Origin: Eledone cirrhosa
Lineage: Eukaryota
DNA: 64,000 nucleotides
Direction: 5' to 3'
Assembly (NCBI GenBank): GCA_964016885.1
Contig: OZ024752.1
Location: 38,874,001 to 38,938,000, forward strand
Each line of letters opens with the position of its first letter. Within the stretch, counting starts at the first letter, position 1. Under the pieces are notes generated by a model that was not told the origin of the DNA, did not search any database, and saw nothing but the letters and a program-made list of their open reading frames with translations. Positions 13,781 through 26,863 of the stretch are shown here, piece after piece. A program made the translations under genes and the position numbers.

Positions 13781-14440
13781 AGAAGGACTGTTCAGCTGTG
13801 TCAAGGACATGACAACCTCCTTAGTGCTGGTGTTGCAATAAAATGTACCCAGTGCACTGTGTACAATGAGGGAACAAGTAAACAACAAGGAGGCTCCCAG
13901 CCCATCTGAGATGTAACTAGCTCTGAATAAGTACTGACATGGTCTGTGATGACTCATCCAATCCTTGCTAGCAGGAAAACATGTTAAATGATGATGATGA
14001 TAATATTACACAGAATAGATAACCTTTTAACCTAGATGTAGGCCCCTCTCTGCAGCTCCAGCCCTCTCCTTCCAGCTATCAACTTAATAACTGACCATAT
14101 TATCTCGAATACGAGGGCCAGCTGAAAAGTTCTTAAGCTGACCAAGATACTCTCAAAGAATGACCAAATGAGGTTTATTTTTCAACATAGTCCCTGGAAA
14201 GAAACGAAACAGAATTGTTTTGCTAATATTAATAATGTACTATGTTACCATTGCCATGACTTGAACACTAAAACCTTTGGTTCGTCCATCGGAAAGAGAA
14301 TCTGCATAAGTTGATGTCATCAGTTACTTTGACTTAACAGCCACTGACATCCACCAGTTGTTGGTTGATACATATATAATAGATCAGCTAATACCTGGTC
14401 AGGTGAAAACTGGGGCAAAGCATGAGGGCCAAGCAACAAT

Positions 14441-14840
14441 AAATAATTGTTTCTACTTTAAGCACAAGGCCAGCAATTTAAATGGGGGTGGGGAGTTTAT
14501 TAAATCCACCCCAGTGCATTACTGGTGCTTTATTTTATCGATGTTGTAAGGATGAAAGGCAAAGTTAACCGTGGCAAGATTTGAACCCAGAACACAAAGG
14601 GTCATAACTCTATGCCTCAAAGCATCGAGTCCGATGCTCTACCAATTTTGTCAATCCAAATAATTGTTTCTATTTTAGGCACAAGGCCAGCAATTACTGG
14701 TACTTTATTTTATTGACCCCGTAAGGATGAAAGGCAAAGTTAACCTCGGCGGGATTTGAACTGAGATCATAAAGGGACGTAACTCTATGCTTCAAAGCAT
14801 GGTGTCCGACTCTCTACCGATACTGCCAATCCACCGCCCT
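14441..14840 (-). mobile_element. Two tandem tRNA-derived SINEs (family B, Nin-like central domain)
   Basis: Two copies of aattgtttctactttaggcacaaggccagc...gtaaggatgaaaggcaaagttaacc...gatttgaac...ctctacc. Confidence 0.85.
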
Positions 14841-15177
14841 CAATCTGTCAATCCAAATAATGGTGACAATATGGTGACAATATATGCACTTGCCACCTCT
14901 GCCTAACTCTTCAAGAATATTTTCCTTCTCATCATCTCATTACTGAGTGAGCTTAGATACCTTGCTCATAACATTTAACAGTCTAGTTTAATCACACAGT
15001 GATTAAACTAGGCTGTTAAACAACAAGAAATGCCTCTCCTGATAAGTATGAAATCTTCCAAATGTGTGTCCATAACTTGTTGCTATCACTATAATGATTA
15101 AAATAACGCCAATATTTTCAGTCAGTTGTAAGCTTAACTCTTTAGCATTTAAACCAGTCATATCCAGCAGGAATTCT

Positions 15178-18100
15178 CCACTAACAACACAATCAATACC
15201 ACTAACAACACAGTCAACTTCACTAACAACACTGTCAACACCACTAACAACACAATCAACACCATTAACAACACAATCAACACCACCATTAACAACACAA
15301 TCAACACCACTAACAACACAGTCAACTTCACTAACAACACAATCAAAACCATTAACAACACAATCAACACCACTAACAGCAGAGTCAACACCATTAACAA
15401 CACAATCAACACCATTAACAACACAATCAACACCACCATTAACAACACAATCAACACCACTAACAACACAGTCAACTTCACTAACAACACTGTCAACACC
15501 GCGAACAACACAATCAACACCATTAACAACACAATCAAAACCATTAACAACACAATCAACACCACTAACAGCAGAGTCAACACCACTAACAACACAATCA
15601 ACACCATTAACAACACAATCAACACCACCATTAACAACACAATCAACACCACTAACAACACAGTCAACTTCACTAACAACACAATCAAAACCATTAACAA
15701 CACAATCAACACCACTAACAGCAGAGTCAACACCATTAACAACACAGTCAACTTCACTAACAACACTGTCAACACCGCGAACAACACAATCAACACCACT
15801 AACAACACAATCAACATCACTAACAACACAATCAACACCACTAACAACACAATCAACACCACTAACAACACAATCAACACCACTAACAACACAATCAACA
15901 CCACTAACAACACAATCAACACCACTAACAACACAATCAACACCACTAACAACACAATCAACATCACTAACAACACAATCAACACCACTAACAACACAAT
16001 CAACACCACTAACAACACAATCAACATCACTAACAACACAATCAACACCATTAACAACACAATCAACACCACTAACAGCAGAGTCAACACCACTAACAGC
16101 AGAGTCAACACCACTAACAACACTGTCAACACCACTAACAACACAATCAACATCACTAACAACACAATCAACATCACTAACAACACAATCAACACCACTA
16201 ACAACACAATCAACACCACTAACAACACAATCAACACCACTAACAACACAATCAACACCACTAACAACACAATCAACACCACTAACAACACAATCAACAC
16301 CACTAACAACACAATCAACATCACTAACAACACAATCAACACCACTAACAACACAATCAACACCACTAACAACACAATCAACATCACTAACAACACAATC
16401 AACACCATTAACAACACAATCAACACCACTAACAGCAGAGTCAACACCACTAACAGCAGAGTCAACACCACTAACAACACTGTCAACACCACTAACAACA
16501 CAATCAACACCACTAACAACACAATCAACATCACTAACAACACAATCAACACCACTAACAACACAATCAACACCACTAACAACACAATCAACACCACTAA
16601 CAACACAATCAACACCACTAACAACACAATCAACACCACTAACAACACAATCAACACCACTAACAACACAATCAACACCACTAACAACACAATCAACATC
16701 ACTAACAACACAATCAACACCACTAACAACACAATCAACACCACTAACAACACAATCAACATCACTAACAACACAATCAACACCACTAACAACACAATCA
16801 ACACCACTAACAACACAATCAACATCACTAACAACACAATCAACACCATTAACAACACAATCAACACCATTAACAACACAATCAACACCACTAACAGCAG
16901 AGTCAACACCACTAACAGCAGAGTCAACACCACTAACAACACTGTCAACACCACTAACAACACAATCAACACCACTAACAACACAATTAACACCGCTAAC
17001 AACACAATCAACATCACTAACAACACAATTAACACCACTAACAACACAGTCAACTTCACTAACAACACAATCAACACCGCGAACAACACAATCAACACCA
17101 CTAACAGCAGAGTCAACACCACTAACAACACAATTAACACCACTAACAACACAGTCAACTTCACTAACAACACAATCAACACCGCGAACAACACAATCAA
17201 CATCACTAACAACACAATTAACACCACTAACAACACAGTCAACTTCACTAACAACACAATTAACACCATTAACAACACAATCAAAACCACTAACAACACT
17301 GTCAACACCACTAACAACACAATCAACACCACTAACAACACAATTAACACCGCTAACAACACAATCAACATCACTAACAACACAATTAACACCACTAACA
17401 ACACAGTCAACTTCACTAACAACACAATCAACACCGCGAACAACACAATTAACACCACTAACAACACAGTCAACTTCACTAACAACACAATCAACACCAT
17501 TAACAACACAATCAACACCATTAACAACACAATCAAAACCATTAACAACACAATCAAAACCATTAACAGCAGAGTCAACACCACTAACAACACTGTCAAC
17601 ACCACTAACAACACAATCAACACCGCGAACAACACAATCAACACCATTAACAGCAGAGTCAACACCACTAACAACACAATCAACACCACTAACAACACAA
17701 TCAACACCACTAACAACACAGTCAACTTCACTAACAACACAATCAACACCATTAACAACACAATCAACACCACTAACAACACAGTCAACTTCACTAACAA
17801 CACAATCAACACCATTAACAACACAATCAACACCACTAACAACACAATCAACACCATTAACAACACAATCAACACCATTAACAACACAATCAACACCATT
17901 AACAACACAATCAACACCATTAACAACACAATCAACACCATTAACAACACAATCAACACCATTAACAACACAATCAACACCATTAACAACACAATCAAAA
18001 CCATTAACAACACAATCAACACCATTAACAACACAATCAACACCATTAACAACACAGTCAACACCACTAACAACACAATCAACACCATTAACAACACAAT

Positions 18101-18911
18101 CAAAACCATTAACAACACAATCAACACCACTAACAGCAGAGTCAACACCACTAACAACACAATCAACACCACTAACAACACAATCAACACCATTAACAAC
18201 ACAATCAACACCACTAACAACACAATCAACACCGCGAACAACACAATCAACACCATTAACAACACAATCAAAACCATTAACAACACAATCAACACCATTA
18301 ACAACACAATCAACACCATTAACAACACAATCAAAACCATTAACAACACAATCAACACCACTAACAACACAATCAACACCACTAACAACACAGTCAACTT
18401 CACTAACAACACAATCAACACCGCGAACAACACAATCAACACCACTAACAACACAATCAACACCATTAACAACACAATCAAAACCATTAACAGCAGAGTC
18501 AACACCACTAACAACACAATCAACACCACTAACAACACAATCAACACCATTAACAACACAATCAACACCATTAACAACACAATCAACACCACTAACAGCA
18601 GAGTCAACACCACTAACAACACAGTCAACTTCACTAACAACACAATCAACACCACTAACAACACAATCAACACCATTAACAACACAATCAACACCATTAA
18701 CAACACAATCAACACCACTAACAGCAGAGTCAACACCACTAACAACACTGTCAACACCACTAACAACACAATCAACACCACTAACAACACAATCAACATC
18801 ACTAACAACACAATTAACACCACTAACAACACTGTCAACACCACTAACAACACTGTCAACAGCGCTAACAACACAATCAACACCACTAACAACACAATCA
18901 ACACCACTAAC
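15178..18911. repeat. 21-bp minisatellite (CCACTAACAACACAATCAACA)n, about 177 units
   Basis: Direct reading; almost G-free on the + strand; recurring variants (gcagag, ctgtca, gcga, 24-bp ccacca). Flanked by a 157-bp direct duplication. Confidence 0.97.
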
Positions 18912-19020
18912 AAGAAATGTCTCTCCTGATAAGTATGAAATCTTCCAAATTTGTGTCCATAACTTGTTGCTATCACTATAATGATTAAAATAATGCCAAT
19001 ATTTTCAGTCAGTTGTAAGC

Positions 19021-19221
19021 TTAACTCTTTAGCATTTAAACCGGTCATATCCAGCAGGAATTCTCTCCCCTCTTTCTGTTGAAACCGGCCATAACCAGTC
19101 GCTCATACTTATGTTAAGGTATTGTTCTCAAAATCTTGTAGATTCCATATTGTGTGAGATAAAGTGTTTACCATGAAAATACAATAGTAAATAGAGAGTA
19201 ATGTAAATGCTAAACGGTTAA
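19021..19221. mobile_element. piggyBac-like TTAA MITE
   Basis: ttaactctttagcattta ... taaatgctaaacggttaa; body shared with other copies. Confidence 0.8.
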
Positions 19222-19475
19222 AGTTACCTCCTTTCTAACTTAATAACCCTCCTTGTTGATTTTCACAGGTTAAAAACCAATTTCCTGACATACAAAATAA
19301 CAGCAGAAGCAGCACGTTTCATCTTCAACCAAAAATAGTGTAGACCTTTTAATGAGTATAGCATATCAGCTATGACTAACTCATATATAGCAATCCCTGT
19401 GTGACATAGGAGTGCTCAACCAGAGCTGACAACAACTCATCATTTCCAGAAATACTAGAAATGCAATTGTAAATA

Positions 19476-20091
19476 CAAGGGTGGGCTGAAATGTTCACAG
19501 GATGACTATGAAGGAGTGATGCTAGTGCTGTGAAATCTTGCATGCATTAATTTCAACTCTTCTTATTAATAACTGTATTGTTTCTTTCCAGGGACTATGT
19601 TGAAAAATAAACCATGAGAGTATCTTGGTCAGTCAATGAAGGAGTGGTGCTAGAGCTGTGAAATCTTGCATGCATTAATTTCAACTCTTCTTATTAATAA
19701 CTGTATTGTTTCTTTCCAGGGACTATGTTGAAAAATAAACCTCATTTGGTCAATCCATGAGAGTATCTTGGTCAGTCAATGAAGGAGTGGTGCTAGAGCT
19801 GTGAAATCTTGCATGCATTAATTTCAACTCCTCTTATTAATAACTGTATTGTCTCTTTCCAGGGACTATGTTGAAAAATAGACCAACCTCATTTGGTCAT
19901 TCCATGAGAGTATCCTGGTCAATCGATGAACGAGTGGTGTTAGAGCTGTGAAATCTTGCATACATTAATTTCAACTCTTCTTATTGATAACTTTATTGTT
20001 TCTTTCCAGGGACTATATTGAAAAATAAACCCCATTTGGTCATTCCATGAGAGTATCTTGGTCAGCCTGTGAACCATTTCAGTCAACCTTG
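19476..20091. mobile_element. Mariner-like MITE with four tandem internal units of 128-147 bp
   Basis: TA|caagggtgggctgaaa ... ttcagtcaaccttg|TA. Internal unit gaaggagtg...gagagtatcttggtcag starts at about 19510, 19638, 19781 and 19928. Confidence 0.85.
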
Positions 20092-20399
20092 TATATCAGT
20101 GAACATTTTTCTGGTGATTTAAGGTTTCAATCTGGTAACCAGTGATTAAAAAATCCTAATTAAAAATTCTAATTATCTTAAGACCTAGGATGTTAATTAA
20201 CAGCTAAAGGAGTGTTTGTCAACAACTACTTGCTGTTCTTTTAATTATCACATTGGAACTAATCTTTCTTGGTCCATCTCAGTAACAAACCTAACAAGTT
20301 ACATTAACAAAAGCTACAAATTACAAGGTTTTATGTTTATGTTTGTCTAATTCTATATTAACTCTTAACGTCTTGTACCACATGAAACAGCATTTTTAG

Positions 20400-21435
20400 C
20401 AATTGGCAGTATTGGTAGAGCGTCAGACACCATGTTTTACAGCATAGAGTTATGGCCCTTTGCGTTCTGAGTACAAATCCCGCCAAGGTTAACTTTGCCT
20501 TCCATCCTTACGGGGTCGATAAAATAAAGAACCAGTAATACACTGGGGTAATTGCTGCCCTTGTGCCCAAAGTAGAAACAATTATTAGCAATTGGCAGTA
20601 TTGGTAGAGCGTCAGACACCATGTTTTACAGCATAGAGTTATGGCCCTTTGCGTTCTGAGTACAAATCCCGCCAAGGTTAACTTTGCCTTCCATCCTTGC
20701 GGGGTCGATAAAATAAAGAACCAGTAATACACTGGGGTAATTGCTGCCCTTGTGCCCAAAGAAGAAACAATTATTAGCAAGATATTCTTGAAAAGTAAAA
20801 AAAAAGAAACAGCACTATGACATTAAAAATTCTCATCTTTACTTCAGTTTAGTGCAAATGTTCATACCTATACAATCCACTAGTAGAAATACTATAAGCA
20901 TTTGAATTAACAAACCTCTTTTTAGATATTGTTCAAACACACACACAAACACTTCATCATCATCATCATCATTATTTTATGTCGACTCAGGGCGGTAGAC
21001 TGGCAGTATCGGTAGAGGGGCGGACGCCATGCTTTGCAGCAAAGAGTTACGGCCCTTTATGGTCTGAGTTCAAATCCCGCCGAGGTTAACTTTGCCTTTC
21101 ATCCTTATTTTATGTCGACTCAGGGCGGTAGTACAGGGTCGGACGCCATGCTTTGCAGCATAGAGTTACGGCCCTTTATGGTCTGAGTTCAAATCCCGCC
21201 GAGGTTAACTTTGCCTTTCATCCTTATTTTATGTCGACTCAGGGCGGTAGACTGGCAGTATCGGTAGGGGGTCGGACGCCATGCTTTGCAGCAAAGAGTT
21301 ACGGCCCTTTATGGTCTGAGTTCAAATCTCGCCGAGGTTAACTTTGCCTTTCATCCTTATGGGGTTCGATAAAATGAAGTACCAGTAATACACTGGGATA
21401 ATTGCTGGCCTTGTGCCAAAAGTAGAAACAAGTAT
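20400..21435 (+). mobile_element. Cluster of family-B SINEs: tandem pair 20400-20775 and partial triplication 20975-21435
   Basis: A-box-like tggcagtatcggtagag, B-box-like gagttcaaatcc, gcctttcatccttacggggtcgataaaat core, tail gtagaaacaattatt. Confidence 0.88.
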
Positions 21436-21804
21436 TTTCATGTCCATTTTTCCACACTTGCACAGATTAGATGGGTCCTTTTCAGCGCAGCATTTCTCCA
21501 CTTGCTCTGATCCCTTGTTATCACCTTCCTCCAGGAATTCTCAGCGATTTGAGGTCAGTTGTCACCACTTCTGCCCAGATTTTTCTTGGTCTACCTCTTG
21601 ATACTAGAGCTGTGAAATCTTGATCAGCCTATGAACCTTTCAGCTGACCCTCATATAAATTCGATCATTTAATTGATTGACGATGGTTTCAGTTAAAATA
21701 ATAGGAATATTCATTCAGACACAGACATATACACACACACACACTCACACACACATGTGCTCACATGTATAGCCATATATTTAGGGAGAGTAGGGGAGAG
21801 AGAC

Positions 21805-21852
<48 letters not shown>

Positions 21853-21914
21853 TTGAAGGCTGAGAGAAAGGAGTACTCAATACCGAAGTAGAGTTTCAAT
21901 ATTCATTTTATTAA

Positions 21915-21998
21915 GGCTAAATAAGCTATATATATAAATATATATATATTATATTATATATATATATATATGTATATATGTATATAAAAATATATATA

Positions 21999-22046
<48 letters not shown>

Positions 22047-22090
22047 TATATATATATATATATGTATATATGTATATAAAAATATATATA

Positions 22091-22128
<38 letters not shown>

Positions 22129-22363
22129 TATTATATTATATATATATATATATGTATATATGTATATAAAAATATATATATATTTATATATATATATATA
22201 TATAAGGCTAAATAAGCTATATATATAAATATATATATATATTATATTATATATATATATATGTATATATGTATATAAAAATATATATATATTTATATAT
22301 ATATATATATATATTATATTATATATATATATATATGTATATATGTATATAAAAATATATATA

Positions 22364-22421
<58 letters not shown>

Positions 22422-22485
22422 TATATATATTATATTATATATATATATATATGTATATAAAAATATAAATATATATATATATAAA
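21915..22485. repeat. Complex (TA)n tract with higher-order units
   Basis: (TA)n punctuated by recurring gtatatatgtatataaaa and two copies of taaggctaaataagc. Confidence 0.95.
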
Positions 22486-22730
22486 TCTGTAAGTCTGCGA
22501 CATTGACAGACACCAAATCGGACGCAAATTCCAGATATCTTTATTTAACATCATATGTATCACAATATCATAACAAATTTAGGAACCTCCCACCTAATAC
22601 AAAAGATGAAGTTAATAATCTCTAGAGTTTCTACTATATCATTATAATTGTTAGTAAATGTATTTAAACAATTAGTTTAATTACTTGACAAGATAAGAAT
22701 TCGGTTGGTTTTCAGGTTTTCATTGATAAT

Positions 22731-22917
22731 TGTTTCTACTTTAGGCACAAGGCCAGCAATTACCCAGTGCATTACTGGTACTTTATTTTATCGACCCCGT
22801 AAGGATGAAAGGCAAAGTTAACCTCGGCGGGATTTGAACTCAGACCATAAAGGGCCGTAACTCTATCCTGCAAAGCATGGCATCAGACCCTCTACTGATA
22901 CTGCCAATTCACCGCCC
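22731..22917 (-). mobile_element. Full-length family-B SINE with 13-bp TSD; other copies about 26172-26350, 33710-33812, 35503-35695, 60030-60180
   Basis: TSD tttcattgataat at 22718-22730 and 22918-22930. Confidence 0.92.
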
Positions 22918-23248
22918 TTTCATTGATAATGTTGTGGTGAGTGAATTACATTGCTGAAGAAGAGGAGGTTGAGGGAGAGAAGGTTGAGATATAATAAATA
23001 ACAGCTTTCAAATTGGGTTTCTGAAGTCTCTAGCTCTTTCTCCCTTTACCCCACCCCCTCTCTCTCTCTATATATATATTTATATGATTTTTAAAGCGAT
23101 GAAATACCAGTGGGGGTTGGAAGATCACTGATGAAGGACTGGTTTTGTTCGTATGCAACCCATGTGCAACCACGCAGCACTCCATTTTTCTTATATATGT
23201 ATATATATATATATATACACTGCAAAGTGGTCATGTGGGTGTCATGAC

Positions 23249-26017
23249 AAAAAGCACCCAGACCACATTGTAAAGTGGTTGTGTAGGGGTCACGGCTAAA
23301 AGCACCCAGTACTCACTGTAAAGTGGTTGTGTAGGGGTCACGGCTAAAAGCACCCAGTACTCACTATAAAGTGGTTGTGTAGGAGTCACAGCTAAAAGCA
23401 CCCAGTACTCACTGTAAGGAGGTTGTGTAGGGGTCACAGCTAAAAGCACCCAGTACTCACTGTAAAGTGGTTGTGTAGGAGTCACGGCTAAAAGCACCCA
23501 GTACTCACTATAAAGTGGTTGTGTAGGAGTCACAGCTAAAAGCACCCAGTACTCACTGTAAAGTGGTTGTGTAGGAGTCACGGCTAAAAGCACCCAGTAC
23601 TCACTGTAAAGTGGTTGTGTAGGAGTCACGGCTAAAAGCACCCAGTACTCACTGTAAAGTGGTTGTGTAGGAGTCACAGCTAAAAGCACCCAGTACTCAC
23701 TGTAAAGTGGTTGTGTAGGAGTCACAGCTAAAAGCACCCAGTACTCACTGTAAAGTGGTTGTGTAGGAGTCACGGCTAAAAGCACCCAGTACTCATTGTA
23801 AAGTGGTTGTGTAGGAGTCACAGCTAAAAGCACCCAGTACTCACTGTAAAGTGGTTGTGTAGGAGTCACAGCTAAAAGCACCCAGTACTCACTGTAAAGT
23901 GGTTGTGTAGGAGTCACGGCTAAAAGCACCCAGTACTCACTGTAAAGTGGTTGTGTTGGAGTCACAGCTAAAAGCACCCAGTACTCACTGTAAAGTGGTT
24001 GTGTAGGTGTCACGACAAAAAGCACCCAGCACATACTGTAATGTGGTTGTGTAGGAGTCATGGCTAAAAGCACCCAGTACTCACTGTAAAGTGGTTGTGT
24101 AGGAGTCACGGCTAAAAGCACCCAGTACTCACTGTAAAGTGGTTGTGTAGGAGTCACAGCTAAAAGCACCCAGTACTCACTGTAAAGTGGTTGTGTAGGA
24201 GTCACAGCTAAAAGCACCCAGTACTCACTGTAAAATGGTTGTGTAGGAGTCACGGCTAAAAGCACCCAGTACTCACTGTAAAGTGGTTGTGTAGGAGTCA
24301 CAGCTAAAAGCACCCAGTACTCATTGTAAAGTGGTTGTGTAGGAGTCACTGCTAAAAGCACCCAGTACTCACTGTAAAGTGGTTGTGTAGGAGTCTCGGC
24401 TAAAAGCACCCAGTACTCATTGTAAAATGGTTGTGTAGGAGTCTCGGCTAAAAGCACCCAGTACTCATTGTAAAATGGTTGTGTAGGAGTCTCGGCTAAA
24501 AGCACCCAGTACTCATTGTAAAATGGTTGTGTAGGAGTCACGGCTAAAAGCACCCAGTACTCACTGTAAAGTGGTTGTGTAGGAGTCACGGCTAAAAGCA
24601 CCCAGTACTCACTGTAAAGTGGTTGTGTAGGAGTCACGGCTAAAAGCACCCAGCACACATTGTAAAGTGGTTGTGTAGGAGTCACGGCTAAAAGCACCCA
24701 GTACTCACTGTAAAGTGGTTGTGTAGGAGTCACGGCTAAAAGCACCCAGTACTCACTGTAAAGTGGTTGTGTAGGAGTCACAGCTAAAAGCACCCAGTAC
24801 TCACTGTAAAGTGGTTGTGTAGGAGTCACGGCTAAAAGCACCCAGTACTCACTGTAAAGTGGTTGTGTAGGAGTCACAGCTAAAAGCACCCAGCACACAC
24901 TGTAAAGTGGTTGTGTAGGAGTCATGGCTAAAAGCACCCAGTACTCACTGTAAAGTGGTTGTGTAGGAGTCACGGCTAAAAGCACCCAGCACACATTGTA
25001 AAGTGGTTGTGTAGGAGTCACGGCTAAAAGCACCCAGTACTCACTGTAAAGTGGTTGTGTAGGAGTCACAGCTAAAAGCACCCAGCACACATTGTAAAGT
25101 GGTTGTGTAGGAGTCACGGCTAAAAGCACCCAGTACTCACTGTAAAGTGGTTGTGTAGGAGTCACGGCTAAAAGCACCCAGTACTCACTGTAAAGTGGTT
25201 GTGTAGGAGTCATGGCTAAAAGCACCCAGCACACATTGTAAAGTGGTTGTGTAGGAGTCACGGCTAAAAGCACCCAGCACACATTGTAAAGTGGTTGTGT
25301 AGGAGTCACAGCTAAAAGCACCCAGCACACATTGTAAAGTGGTTGTGTAGGAGTCACAGCTAAAAGCACCCAGCACACATTGTAAAGTGGTTGTGTAGGA
25401 GTCACAGCTAAAAGCACCCAGCATACATTGTAAAGTGGTTGTGTAGGAGTCACAGCTAAAAGCACCCAGTACTCACTGTAAAGTGGTTGTGTAGGAGTCA
25501 CGGCTAAAAGCACCCAGCACACATTGTAAAGTGGTTGTGTAGGAGTCACAGCTAAAAGCACCCAGTACTCACTGTAAAGTGGTTGTGTAGGAGTCACGGC
25601 TAAAAGCACCCAGCACACATTGTAAAGTGGTTGTGTAGGAGTCACAGCTAAAAGCACCCAGTACTCACTGTAAAGTGGTTGTGTAGGAGTCACGGCTAAA
25701 AGCACCCAGTACTCACTGTAAAGTGGTTGTGTAGGAGTCACGGCTAAAAGCACCCAGCACACATTGTAAAGTGGTTGTGTAGGAGTCACAGCTAAAAGCA
25801 CCCAGTACTCACTGTAAAGTGGTTGTGTAGGAGTCACGGCTAAAAGCACCCAGCACACATTGTAAAGTGGTTGTGTAGGAGTCACAGCTAAAAGCACCCA
25901 GTACTCACTGTAAAGTGGTTGTGTAGGAGTCACAGCTAAAAGCACCCAGTACTCACTGTAAAGTGGTTGTGTAGGAGTCACGGCTAAAAGCACCCAGCAC
26001 ATACTGTAATGTGGTTG
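23249..26017. repeat. 48-bp minisatellite, about 58 units, expanded inside a SINE (host about 23217-26165)
   Basis: Unit aaaagcacccagtactcactgtaaagtggttgtgtaggagtcacggct. The array runs directly into the SINE 3' part (ttaggaagcgcatccagctgtagaaa...ggacgttaaatgataatgat). Confidence 0.97.
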
Positions 26018-26457
26018 GCATTAGGAAGCGCATCCAGCTGTAGAAACCTAGCCAGAAAAAAGTCCTATATGAGTAAAAGAAAGGCACCTGACCCAACTTA
26101 CCTCAAATGGGACAACCCGTCTAACCCATGCTAGTGTGGAAAATGGACGTTAAATGATAATGATATATATATAATTGTTTCTATTTTTAGCACAAGACCA
26201 GCAAACACCCCAGTACATTGCTGGTATCAATCCCCAAAAGAATGAAAGGCAAACCTAACCTTGCCGGGATATGAGCTCAGAATGTAAAGGGCCATAACTC
26301 TATGCTACAAAGCATGGTGTCTGACGGTCTACTGATTCTGTCAATCCACCATATAATGATACTTGGGTTTGTAACTACAGTTACAGGTGGCATGTCGTTC
26401 GAAGCACTCAATGCTGTTGCAAGGTCCATTTCATGAGGGTTGTAATATATATATATG

Positions 26458-26520
<63 letters not shown>

Positions 26521-26545
26521 GTTTATATATATATATATATGTGTA

Positions 26546-26590
<45 letters not shown>

Positions 26591-26609
26591 TCACATATAT
26601 ATATATATA

Positions 26610-26806
26610 TAATAGGAACGAGTAGGACCCCGACGGCTGAGCTCAAGCCGTTTCGACGGCTAATTCTAGTCTAGAATTAGCCATCGAAACAGCTTGAGCT
26701 CAGCTGTCGGGGTCCTACTCGTTCCTATTACCCACTCTACTACCCTAAGTATTGAGTACTTTGGTGCGTTATGGTCCACTTGGTTCCTTACCACATTTCC
26801 TTCGTT
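26610..26806 (-). mobile_element. Palindromic element (120-bp hairpin plus 76-bp unique arm) in (TA)n; probable Penelope-like terminus
   Basis: taataggaacgagtagg...cctactcgttcctatta inverted repeat; second copy in opposite orientation at 56331-56524. Confidence 0.65.
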
Positions 26807-26863
26807 ATATATATATAATATATATATATATAATATATATATATATATAAATATATATATATA

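Noticed and set aside
15094-19048. 1295-aa mucin-like (TTQSTPL)n ORF and the antisense hydrophobic ORF
   Set aside because: Both ORFs start and stop within the duplicated flank and MITE terminus, with no signal peptide or convincing splice sites; openness follows from a stop-free 21-bp unit.
19269-19345. Plus-strand acceptor-like sites (also 22716, 33006, 45062, 57315) as exons of a hidden gene
   Set aside because: No recognisable peptide and no consistent phase chain.
23129-23160. CTGATGA motifs here and at about 34293, 40162 and 55684 as hammerheads
   Set aside because: No correctly placed GAAA and stem I/III pairing.
23231-26002. 923-aa repeat ORF
   Set aside because: Read-through of a SINE-derived 48-bp array.
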